Source of the DNA: Selenomonadaceae bacterium
Lineage (GTDB): Bacteria > Bacillota > Clostridia > Oscillospirales > CAG-272
Assembly: GCA_963598415.1 (NCBI GenBank)
Contig: CAVBUH010000050.1
Span: forward strand, 14,189 to 78,188
Direction: 5' to 3'
Length of the DNA: 64,000 nt
The notes below the pieces were generated by a model. That model ran no database searches. It saw only the letters and a list, made by a program, of their open reading frames with translations, and had not been told where the DNA came from. This document shows positions 54,784 through 63,278 of the stretch, piece after piece; the stretch's first letter is position 1; every line of letters starts with the position of its first letter. Position numbers and translations under genes: made by a program.

Positions 54784-57011
54784 ATAACGGAACCATGCCG
54801 CCTGCCGGCAGAGAAGATCTTCTTGAAGTCGAGGGCGTTATCGAGCATATTGTCTACAAAAATGATACAAACGGTTACACCGTATGCGAGCTTGCCGCAG
54901 CAAATGATGAACTTATCACTCTTGTCGGCATCATGCCGTTTCTTGCAGAGGGGGAAAGTATAAAAGCACTCGGCAAGTGGGAGCTTCATATGAGCTTCGG
55001 GCGGCAGTTCAAAATTGAATATTACGAAAAACAGCTTCCTGCAAGCGAAGCCTCCATGTTTAAATATCTTTCCTCCGGCGCAATCAAAGGCATAGGTCCC
55101 GTCACCGCCAAGCGAATCATGGAACGTTTCGGCACCGACGCCTTTGAGGTTATAGAGCATAACCCGGAATGGCTTGCCGATGTAGAGGGCATCACCCTAA
55201 AAAAAGCCCGAAAAATATCAGAACGCTTTAAAGAGACTTTCGGAGTACGCTCCGTAATGATGTTCTGCCGCGACTTTTTCGGACCGGCAACAGCCATTAA
55301 GGTATACAAGCAATGGGGAGGTGCCGCCGTAGACGTCATAAAGGCAAACCCCTATGCTCTGTGCGAGGCAATTGACGGGATCGGGTTTGAAACCGCCGAT
55401 CACATAGCTGAGAAGCTTGGTACGGACAAGACTTCTCCCGATCGAATCAAAGCCGGCATTCTCTATTTTATCTCCTATAATGCCGTTCAAAACGGACATA
55501 CCTTCATTCCGGCGGACAAGCTTCTTCCTGCCGCAGCAAGACTTCTTTCTGCCGGCGAGGAAAAAACGGCGGCGGGAATCCGTTCTCTTCTCAGCGAAGG
55601 AAAGCTTGTATCGGTAAAATTCAACGGCAGAGAAGTGATTTATCTCAAAGATTATTTTGAAGCCGAACGGTATTCCGCCGCAAAGCTTGATCAGCTTGAC
55701 CGGCTTTGCGAAAGAATATCTCTGAGCGACGCCGACCGTTTTATCACACAGCTTGAGTCCGAAATCGGAATAACCTATGCCGCACTCCAGAAAAAAGCTA
55801 TTATCGATTCCATTAACAGCGGTGTAATGGTGCTCACGGGAGGTCCCGGAACCGGAAAAACCACCGTAATTCGCGCCGTAATTACCGTTTTCGAGAGAAT
55901 GGGACTGAAAATCGTGCTTGCCGCTCCTACGGGACGCGCTGCCAAACGCATGTCCGAGGCGACTTCAAGAGAAGCAAAAACCATACATCGTCTTCTTGAA
56001 ATGGACTATTCAAACGGAAATAAGCCGACGTTTCGACGCGATGAAAACGATATGCTCGATGAGGACGCGATCATTATCGACGAGGCTTCGATGGTGGATA
56101 CCCTGCTTATGGTTTCGCTCCTCAAAGCAATAAAGCCGGGAGCAAGACTTATGCTGATCGGTGACGCCGACCAGCTTCCGTCTGTCGGAGCGGGATACGT
56201 TCTGAACGATATTATAGAAAGCGGAAGGTTCAGTTCCGTCTGTCTGAAGGAAATATTCCGTCAGGCGCAGACAAGTCTGATTGTCAGAAATGCGCACGCA
56301 ATTAACAACGGCGAATATCCCGATCTCACCGTCAAAAACGGGGACTTCTTTTTCCTCAGACGGGAAGATGAGAGAAGCATTGCACCGACAGTAACGGAGC
56401 TGATTTCCTCCCGTCTCCCGAAAACCTACGGAGAGGATATCAAAAAAAGCATTCAGGTGATAACGCCGTCACATAAAGGAGCGGCGGGAACCGATAATTT
56501 AAACGCTTTGCTTCAGAACGCGCTGAATCCTCCCGAACCTTTCAAAGCGGAAAAAAAGGTACGGGATGTCGTTTTCCGGGCCGGAGATAAAATTATGCAA
56601 ACCAAAAATAACTATGATATTCCATGGAATCGAGGAGGCAGAGAAGGCTCCGGAATCTTCAACGGAGATATCGGTAAAATTATTTCGGTTGATAATCACT
56701 CCGAATCCGTCACAATTGACTTCGACGGAAGAATTGCCGAATACGACTTTGCACAGCTCGATGAAATCGAACACGCCTACGCGATCACCATACATAAAAG
56801 TCAGGGAAGCGAGTACCCCGTAATCATTATACCTTTGTTCAGCTTTTCCCCCCGCCTTCTTACCCGCAATCTGCTGTATACTGCCGTCACAAGAGCCAAA
56901 GATATGGTCATTCTGGTCGGCTCCGAAAAAGTGATAAAAAGTATGGTAGATAATAACCGTTTGGTACAAAGATATACCGGTCTCTCTTTCCTTCTTAAAT
57001 CTTATGAATGA
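54780..57011 (+). CDS. recD2: SF1B ATP-dependent RecD-like DNA helicase
   Basis: 743 aa. Walker A GGPGTGKTT, DEASMV, motif III GDADQLPSVG, and C-terminal ..AITIHKSQGSEY... Confidence 0.9.
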   Translation: MNNGTMPPAGREDLLEVEGVIEHIVYKNDTNGYTVCELAAANDELITLVGIMPFLAEGESIKALGKWELHMSFGRQFKIEYYEKQLPASEASMFKYLSSGAIKGIGPVTAKRIMERFGTDAFEVIEHNPEWLADVEGITLKKARKISERFKETFGVRSVMMFCRDFFGPATAIKVYKQWGGAAVDVIKANPYALCEAIDGIGFETADHIAEKLGTDKTSPDRIKAGILYFISYNAVQNGHTFIPADKLLPAAARLLSAGEEKTAAGIRSLLSEGKLVSVKFNGREVIYLKDYFEAERYSAAKLDQLDRLCERISLSDADRFITQLESEIGITYAALQKKAIIDSINSGVMVLTGGPGTGKTTVIRAVITVFERMGLKIVLAAPTGRAAKRMSEATSREAKTIHRLLEMDYSNGNKPTFRRDENDMLDEDAIIIDEASMVDTLLMVSLLKAIKPGARLMLIGDADQLPSVGAGYVLNDIIESGRFSSVCLKEIFRQAQTSLIVRNAHAINNGEYPDLTVKNGDFFFLRREDERSIAPTVTELISSRLPKTYGEDIKKSIQVITPSHKGAAGTDNLNALLQNALNPPEPFKAEKKVRDVVFRAGDKIMQTKNNYDIPWNRGGREGSGIFNGDIGKIISVDNHSESVTIDFDGRIAEYDFAQLDEIEHAYAITIHKSQGSEYPVIIIPLFSFSPRLLTRNLLYTAVTRAKDMVILVGSEKVIKSMVDNNRLVQRYTGLSFLLKSYE

Positions 57012-57040
57012 TATAGCGATTATAAAACTCCGTTTTACGT

Positions 57041-57182
57041 CGGTTACGCTGCGGCAGGTTTACGCACGCTTATCGCCGCACCCAAATTACGGATTTTAGA
57101 CTCGTTCTCTCAGCGTGCAACCTCGCTTTGTTTGTCTTAAAAGTGTTTTTTCATCGAAAAATCCGCTGAAAAACAGAATGGA
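57041..57182 (+). repeat. family D repeat, copy D2
   Basis: CGGTTACGCTGCGGCAGGTTTACGCACGCTTATCGCC...CATCGAAAAATCCGCTGAAAAACAGAATGG is collinear with D1. Confidence 0.7.
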
Positions 57183-57243
57183 ATTATATTGCTGACCTTT
57201 ACAATCGGCTACTGATATACCGAAAGGAGCTTTTCCACGGAAA

Positions 57244-58005
57244 ATGAAAAGTAAATCTCTGAAAAGGTTCTTTACTGCTGCCTGCGATATCTTTTTCCCA
57301 CCGAAGTGCATCGGTTGCGGAGAAACAATAGATAACCGCAGACAAAGCCGTGTTCTCTGTCCTGTCTGCCGCCAAAAATTTCTGTCGGAGATCTCAAAAC
57401 CGTGTCCGGTATGCGGAAAAGAGTATTCGTTCTGCATATGTAAGCCGAAGGGTTTTCTCCCTGATGGCTTTGCCTATTCGCTTCCTTACGATAAAGAGAG
57501 TGGAATCACAAGAAAAATGATTCTATGCTGTAAAAACCGTCGTGTCTGCGCGGTTTTTAAAGAAATTGCCGCGGCGATGCTTGAAACAGCAAAAATCAAT
57601 CATATACTGACGGAAAATTCTCTGATCACCTATGTTCCCCGCGCGCCTGAAAAAGTTGTCAGAAAAGGTCTTGACCAAGCCGAAGAACTTGCAAAAGAAT
57701 TTTCGAAGGTTTCGGGAATTCAATGTGTCGAACTGATCCGTCACAGAAGATTTTCCTATGAGCAAAAAAATCTCGGAGAAGCAATGAGGAGCACAAACGC
57801 AGAAAAAAATTTCCGGCTGTCCGACCGTAAAAATCTAATCGCAGGGAAAAACATAATCCTGATCGACGATATCGTAACAACCGGGGCTACGGTTAACGCC
57901 TGTACCTGCCTGCTTAAAGAAGCAGGAGCGGAAAGTGTTTTTTGTCTGAGCGCTTCAAAAAATATCAAAACACCGTCTTATCATATAAAGGAGGAGAAAC
58001 CATGA
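57244..58005 (+). CDS. comFC: ComF family protein (ComFC, PRT-fold with N-terminal zinc ribbon)
   Basis: CIGC..CPVC..CPVC..C Cys pairs and a PRPP-binding-type loop ILIDDIVTTGAT. Confidence 0.85.
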   Translation: MKSKSLKRFFTAACDIFFPPKCIGCGETIDNRRQSRVLCPVCRQKFLSEISKPCPVCGKEYSFCICKPKGFLPDGFAYSLPYDKESGITRKMILCCKNRRVCAVFKEIAAAMLETAKINHILTENSLITYVPRAPEKVVRKGLDQAEELAKEFSKVSGIQCVELIRHRRFSYEQKNLGEAMRSTNAEKNFRLSDRKNLIAGKNIILIDDIVTTGATVNACTCLLKEAGAESVFCLSASKNIKTPSYHIKEEKP

Positions 58006-58937
58006 TCAAAAAAATCGGAATTGATGTCGGAAGCTGTTTCATCCGAACCGTTATCCCCGGTGAACCGTCCTCGATAACGGAGGAGCCCGCCGTAACGGCA
58101 ATAACCGAAAATGGAAAAATTGTCGCCTGCGGCACCGAAGCGATAAGATTTGACGCAGGCGCTCCCGGAACTGTTTTTTTATCCAAGCTTATTCCGGACA
58201 GCGGAGAGCTTTCTGACGCCGGTCAAGCCGTCGCCATATTCTCCTACATACTCAAAAAAAATCGAATGAAAGGCGCGGATGTCTATCTCTCGCTTTCCGG
58301 GCGGTGCGGCGATGAAGCGGAAAGGCTGTTCGTGGATGCTGCTCAGCGTGCAGGAGCAAGAGACGTTTTCGTTGTTAATTCCTTATATGCCGCCGCAAGG
58401 GGGTGCAGCCTGAAAGGGAGCGGAGACTCACTGATTATCGATATCGGATATGAAACGGCATCTATGGCAGCTTATTCCCGCGGAAAGGAAGCTGCGGTTT
58501 CCCACAGTGAATTTGCCGGAGCCGCATTTGACAGAGCCATCATATCCTATGTTATGAAAAAATATCATATGTCGCTTACTCACGAGGAAGCGGACAGAAT
58601 AAAAAAAGAGATCGGAACCATGGTTCCGTCCGAAAAAAAACAAACCGATATTCGGGTGATGCGCCATGCCGTCGGACTTCCCAAGGTGCTTACTGTAACA
58701 GAGGAAGAGATATCCTCCGCGATGGAGCCGGTTTTCGACGAGCTTACCGACGAAATCATTGCTCTTGTAAGAACACTTCCTTCTGAGCCCGATAAGCTGA
58801 TCCTTACCGGAGGAGGCGCACGGCTCCGCGCGCTCGCTCCCGCTCTTGCGCCGATCGTCTGTATCCCCGTCGAAATATCTCCCGATCCCGAACTCGCTGT
58901 TATAAGAGGACTTTCCGCTATCATCGAAAGAGAATAG
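58002..58937 (+). CDS. divergent MreB/actin-like ATPase
   Basis: GGAGGAG SD then ATG 58002 (MIKKIGIDVGSCFIRTV..). ..LIIDIGYETAS.. and ..LILTGGGARL.. phosphate/adenosine motifs. The ATG overlaps the comFC stop (ATGA). Confidence 0.65.
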   Translation: MIKKIGIDVGSCFIRTVIPGEPSSITEEPAVTAITENGKIVACGTEAIRFDAGAPGTVFLSKLIPDSGELSDAGQAVAIFSYILKKNRMKGADVYLSLSGRCGDEAERLFVDAAQRAGARDVFVVNSLYAAARGCSLKGSGDSLIIDIGYETASMAAYSRGKEAAVSHSEFAGAAFDRAIISYVMKKYHMSLTHEEADRIKKEIGTMVPSEKKQTDIRVMRHAVGLPKVLTVTEEEISSAMEPVFDELTDEIIALVRTLPSEPDKLILTGGGARLRALAPALAPIVCIPVEISPDPELAVIRGLSAIIERE

Positions 58938-59009
58938 AATAACGCCATACTGTTTTCTATCTGTTTATTAAGAATAAGGTAATCAATTAAAAATAAAAAG
59001 GAGAATAAA

Positions 59010-59759
59010 ATGAATCTTCTCGCCATCGGAAACAGCTATTCAGACGATGCAACCGCGCTTCTCAGCCAAGTTGCTGCCGCAGACAACGTACACATCAATG
59101 CCGTCAATCTGTTTGAAGGAGGATGCTCTCTTGAAAAGCATATTGATAACCTTGAAAACAATCGCGCCTCATACATTTACGAAGAAAACGGGATTCTCAC
59201 TGACAGAAGGGTAACCTCCGAAGAAGTTCTTAAAGAAAACCACTGGGACATCATAACGATTCAGCAAGCAAGCCGCTTCAGCGGCATTCTCGACTCTTTT
59301 TTCCCTTATGCCGAACAGCTTCTTGCCTTTGCGAAAAGCTTATCTCCTGATTCAAAATTCTATTTTCATCAAACATGGGCTTACGAAAGAGATTTCCGGA
59401 ATGAATGGTTCAATGCCTATTCCTTTTCACAGGAAAAAATGTTCGAGGCAATATTTTCCGCCTCTTTCCGTGTTGCCTCAAGGCTGAAAACCGGTATGAT
59501 AAGAACAGGCGAAGTTATACAGGCGCTTCGGGCAAAAAAGCCTTTTGATTATGAAAACGGCGGCATCAGCCTGAACCGCGACGGACTTCATCTCAGCTTG
59601 ACCTACGGACGGCTCGCCGCAGCACTCTCCTACTATACTGCCGTTACAGGAAATGATGTAAGAGGAAATACCTTTGCGCCGGAGGGAACAGCCCCTGATA
59701 TAGCGCAGCTGGTCAGAGAAACCGTTTATGAGGTTTACAGCAGAAAGGTATACTTATGA
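59010..59759 (+). CDS. SGNH/GDSL-like hydrolase family protein (DUF4886-like)
   Basis: N-terminal block MNLLAIGNSYSDDA with the GNS(Y)S nucleophile-type motif. 249 aa. Confidence 0.6.
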   Translation: MNLLAIGNSYSDDATALLSQVAAADNVHINAVNLFEGGCSLEKHIDNLENNRASYIYEENGILTDRRVTSEEVLKENHWDIITIQQASRFSGILDSFFPYAEQLLAFAKSLSPDSKFYFHQTWAYERDFRNEWFNAYSFSQEKMFEAIFSASFRVASRLKTGMIRTGEVIQALRAKKPFDYENGGISLNRDGLHLSLTYGRLAAALSYYTAVTGNDVRGNTFAPEGTAPDIAQLVRETVYEVYSRKVYL

Positions 59760-60427
59760 TCATTCAAGAGGAAAGCAGCGGACTGATCGGAAATTGGGAT
59801 CTGATTCTTCCGCTAGGATTAATCCTTACAGTTGATGGAGACAGAACTGTTACCTCTTTCCCTGAAACACTCGACGCGGCAGAATATCTTGAATCGCTTC
59901 CGGCGGAGGAAATATTTACAAACCAAACCAAGGTTAGATTATCTGAAATGCTGTTTTCGAGACTGAAGAGTCTGGGATATGAAAGCGAAACCGTATTCAG
60001 CACCGAGTTTCATATTGACAAAAAAGAAAAGCTGAACAAAGCCTTGATTCTTCCCTCTACAGAACCGCTTCTTCCCCAACACAGCTATGAAAATCTAACT
60101 GACTGTGAACCGGATCCCCTCGGAGAAGGGCTTCTTTGCTTTGGAACTGTCATTGACGGAAAAATCGTTTCGGCTGCATCGGAAAACCCGCATGCTCCCG
60201 ACAGCAAAGTCATCGACATCGGGGTCGAAACCGCGGAAGGCTTTACCGGACACGGCTACGCCGCTTCCAATATCGCTTCGCTTGCCTATTATCTTCTTGA
60301 TCCCGGAATCTCGGTGACATACATAGCAGAGGACCAAAACATCCCCTCGCTTCGCATTGCTGAAAAGGTTGGTTTTACCCGAAATGTCAGAGAACTGAGA
60401 GTGGTCTGTGAGAAGAGACAACAGTGA
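59756..60427 (+). CDS. GNAT family N-acetyltransferase-like protein
   Basis: C-terminal ..ETAEGFTGHGYAASNIASLAYYLL..YIAEDQNIPSLRIAEKVGF.. acetyl-CoA-binding-like block. The ATG overlaps the upstream stop (ATGA). Confidence 0.6.
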   Translation: MIIQEESSGLIGNWDLILPLGLILTVDGDRTVTSFPETLDAAEYLESLPAEEIFTNQTKVRLSEMLFSRLKSLGYESETVFSTEFHIDKKEKLNKALILPSTEPLLPQHSYENLTDCEPDPLGEGLLCFGTVIDGKIVSAASENPHAPDSKVIDIGVETAEGFTGHGYAASNIASLAYYLLDPGISVTYIAEDQNIPSLRIAEKVGFTRNVRELRVVCEKRQQ

Positions 60428-60594
60428 TAACGGTTTTCGCATTAAACGCCAACCGGACAAAAAGGCGGTCGGAAATCCGTCTTTTTGGTTATAACCCGGT
60501 CGGTTTTGCCTTGCTGTTTTCCGTTTTAGCTGTTACCATATCAGCACCGGCCTTCTGCCGGCAAGATTTGTGTCAGAAAAATCTCTTGTGTTAA

Positions 60595-60753
60595 GGGTGC
60601 CTCTAAAAAATCACTGCCCAAAACGGTTCGATCTGTTTTCTGTCATTCGTCACAAAATCCTTGTCAGATGGATACGCTGTCTCCGGGATTTTTGTTTTGA
60701 CTGACGAAAAAATCTCTTTGGCACCTATGAACATTGATTTTTTAGAGGCACCC
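60595..60753 (+). repeat. family B repeat, copy B6 (best-preserved termini)
   Basis: GGGTGCCTCTAAAAAATCA...TGATTTTTTAGAGGCACCC, a perfect terminal inverted repeat of at least 19 bp, flanked by TTAA/TTAA(T). Confidence 0.9.
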
Positions 60754-61193
60754 TTAATGAAATATTGTCAAAAATATCTCCTCCTCGGTACAGCGTTTTG
60801 CAATAAAACAAGAAAATCGATTGTTTTCCGGAGCAAATTCGAAGAAATCACAGACTTTAGGAGGGTATTCTAAAGGATAGTTTTGAAATAAATAGAACAC
60901 GGTCCCCTCGACAGGAAAAAGACAGTGAATTTTTTACGTTCTCTGTCTTTTTTCTCGTTTTCAAGCACCGTATTTGTGTCCATAGATACTCTAAGTGTAA
61001 AATAAAAATTGGCAAAAAGAGAGGAAAGAAGCCCTATGTAGTAAATATCCCTGTTGTAGATTTACGAATTATTTGTCGGTAAAACAAAATGCTTGGAAAC
61101 AGAACGAAAAAATACGTGATATTTGTACTTGCACGGATTAGGGAAGAAACGTTGAGACCGATGCAACGGAAACCAGAAATTGCGAAATGGTTT

Positions 61194-61246
61194 TTAAGGC
61201 AATACCGCACAATGATTATTGTACAGTTGCGCTGCGAATACCTTAG
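61194..61246. repeat. family A short copy A13
   Basis: TTAAGGCAATACCGCACAATGATTATTGTACAGTTGCGCTGCGAATACCTTAG. Confidence 0.65.
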
Positions 61247-61410
61247 AAAACATGGTATATCGCCCATATTATGCACTTTTGAATTATATTAGTTGTGAAC
61301 AATCAACAAAATATATAATATTATTTGTCTATTATGCAAATGGATTTTTTTGGAATATTATGATAGAATAATTTTACAGTTTACATCTTACTTGTATGAG
61401 GAGAAACAAA

Positions 61411-62451
61411 ATGAAAACTAAAAAAAATGAAAAAGTGCTTTTGTTTATTTTATCGTTTATGATAATGGCGTCGCTGTTATCGGTATCCATGTCGGTGTCG
61501 GCAAATACAAAAAGTCTTACCGCACGGAAAATTACCCAAGTACCAGACATAGACGGGGAAATGGAAGAGATGTGGGAAGAATGCGAGGTAGCGGAGGTAC
61601 TTAATTTTGGAAGCAATATCTTTCCAAATACTTCCACGGAAGCGGCAAATGAAGTCAATCCGGTAGCTACCGCAAAAGCAAGAGTAATGTGGGATGAAAA
61701 ACACTTATATCTCTTTGTTGAAGTATATGATACTACTCCCAACAAAGAGGCAAGCAAAACAAATTATGAGGACTGCGATATAGACAGCGTAGATATTCAA
61801 ATATCGGAATCCAATGCCCTTCATGAACCGATGAGAGATGATACTGTCGGAAAAGGTAATAAATATCCCGGAAACGGAATATTTAACGTAAATATAAACG
61901 GTTACATATCCGGATGGGGCGGCGTATGGTATGCGGGTAGCGGAGCTACCGAAGTAAATGCGGAGGCAGTTATCACAAATTACGGATATTGTTTTGAAAT
62001 GGTTCTCCCGCTTCAGACAATTACAGCAGATGTCGGAACTACCATAGGATTAGAGTTTCAGATTAACGACAATCAGGATGGAACCGGACGCACCGCAATC
62101 AGACAATGGAGTTGTGCAGAATGTTTAGCACATTCCGATACGATTTATCTGGGAGAGCTTGTACTTGTAGGTGAAAACGGAGAAACGGCTCCTCAAACAA
62201 CGGAACCGCAAACAACAGAGCTGCCAACAACGGAACCTCAAGCAACAGAGCCGCAAACAACGGAACCTCAGACCTCCAAAAATCCAGAAATCTCCGATAC
62301 ATCTAAGGTAACGGCAGAAAATACCGAGACCAAGAATGGCAATGTGAGCGATGATGACGACGGAGGTTTTCCGATATGGATTCCTATTGTAGTTATTGCC
62401 GCCGCCGCGATTGTTGTAGTCGTAATCGTGATCGTCAAGAAGAAAAAGTAA
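61411..62451 (+). CDS. surface-anchored CBM9-like carbohydrate-binding protein
   Basis: GAGGAG SD then ATG 61411. Signal peptide, then ..IDGEMEEMWEECE..AKARVMWDEKHLYLFVEVYD.. and ..GLEFQINDNQDG.. (family 9 CBM-like). TEPQT repeats, C-terminal TM and KKKK. Confidence 0.6.
   Translation: MKTKKNEKVLLFILSFMIMASLLSVSMSVSANTKSLTARKITQVPDIDGEMEEMWEECEVAEVLNFGSNIFPNTSTEAANEVNPVATAKARVMWDEKHLYLFVEVYDTTPNKEASKTNYEDCDIDSVDIQISESNALHEPMRDDTVGKGNKYPGNGIFNVNINGYISGWGGVWYAGSGATEVNAEAVITNYGYCFEMVLPLQTITADVGTTIGLEFQINDNQDGTGRTAIRQWSCAECLAHSDTIYLGELVLVGENGETAPQTTEPQTTELPTTEPQATEPQTTEPQTSKNPEISDTSKVTAENTETKNGNVSDDDDGGFPIWIPIVVIAAAAIVVVVIVIVKKKK
62191..62276 (+). repeat. 15-bp tandem repeat inside the CBM9-like gene (about 5.5 units)
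   Basis: CCTCAAACAACGGAA CCGCAAACAACAGAG CTGCCAACAACGGAA CCTCAAGCAACAGAG CCGCAAACAACGGAA CCTCAG encodes (PQTTE)n. Confidence 0.85.
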
Positions 62452-62558
62452 TCGCGGACAGAGAGGTTTTCAACGAAGTTGTAGAGCCGTGAAACGCAAT
62501 TTTCGGCTGAAGTATAATATCCTCAGAACGTCATCCTTAATGGGTGGCGTTCTTTTGC

Positions 62559-62738
62559 TTAAGGCAATACCGCACAATGATTGTTGTGCAGTTGCGCCGC
62601 CGGATTTTTCGTCAAACAATACAAATTGAGGAGGCAAGAGTGACTCCTCTGCCGACGAAATTGGTGAAGTATGACGGAATAGATGCAAGCAAATGCGCAA
62701 TAAAGGCGTTAGCTGTGCACCCGGCGGTATTGCCTTAA
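62559..62738 (-). repeat. family A repeat, copy A14 (inverted orientation)
   Basis: TTAAGGCAATACCGCACAATG...GAGGAGGCAAGAGTGACTCCTCTGCCGACGAAATTGGTGAAGTATGACGG...CACCCGGCGGTATTGCCTTAA. Confidence 0.85.
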
Positions 62739-63278
62739 ATAGTCCTATTATTTTTTCAGAATATTCAAACTCCTTTTAATTATAATTTGCGTTTGTAAAC
62801 TGTAAAATAAATGTTTGAATCTTAGTCCAATCATATTTTACTCACATGGGATTAACGGAACGCAGGCACAAAAGCTGTTCCCAATAATATGGTTTTACCT
62901 GAAAACATGAGGAATTGGTGCGGACGTTAAAGAAAAGCTTCTCGCAATCGGTGAAAAGATTAGAATGAATTTGATACCATCAAAGCACCCCTATGCAGAA
63001 GCGATGTTAGATGCACACTTGCAAAATGTAAAAGAGTATGAGCTTCAGTTTTTGTTCCACTCTGACGGATGATTTTGCTTCATTGTCGCTCTTTTAATAA
63101 CAGCAAGCTAAAACCGCCTGCCGAAGGGCAGAAAAGCTTACTACGCTTATACTGCAAACCGAATAACAATACCGCCCAGAAGTAACCGATCGGTCGCTCT
63201 CGGCGGTTGATTGTTTAATTTGTTTTCTGTCCTTAAAAAACGATTACTTATCCGTGATTTTTTACAGCAACGATTTTA

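Noticed and set aside
6268-60753. Idea that family B carries an internal promoter (TTGACAG in several copies).
   Set aside because: The TTGACA is not conserved in all copies (TTGTTA in B1, TTGTCA in B6), and no consistent -10 hexamer follows at 16-18 nt. It more likely forms part of the internal GACAG..CTGTC hairpin.
2263-62738. Whether the many short repeats form a CRISPR array.
   Set aside because: The copies are dispersed kilobases apart in both orientations and have terminal inverted repeats. They are not separated by regular unique spacers, and no cas genes are present.
62917-63070. Open frame ..GADVKEKLLAIGEKIRMNLIPSKHPYAEAMLDAHLQNVKEYELQFLFHSDG* that looks protein-like.
   Set aside because: It is preceded by an in-frame stop at 62908-62910, and the only in-frame ATG would give 35 aa without an SD. 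It is probably the C-terminal remnant of a lost gene, and I could not identify the family by eye.
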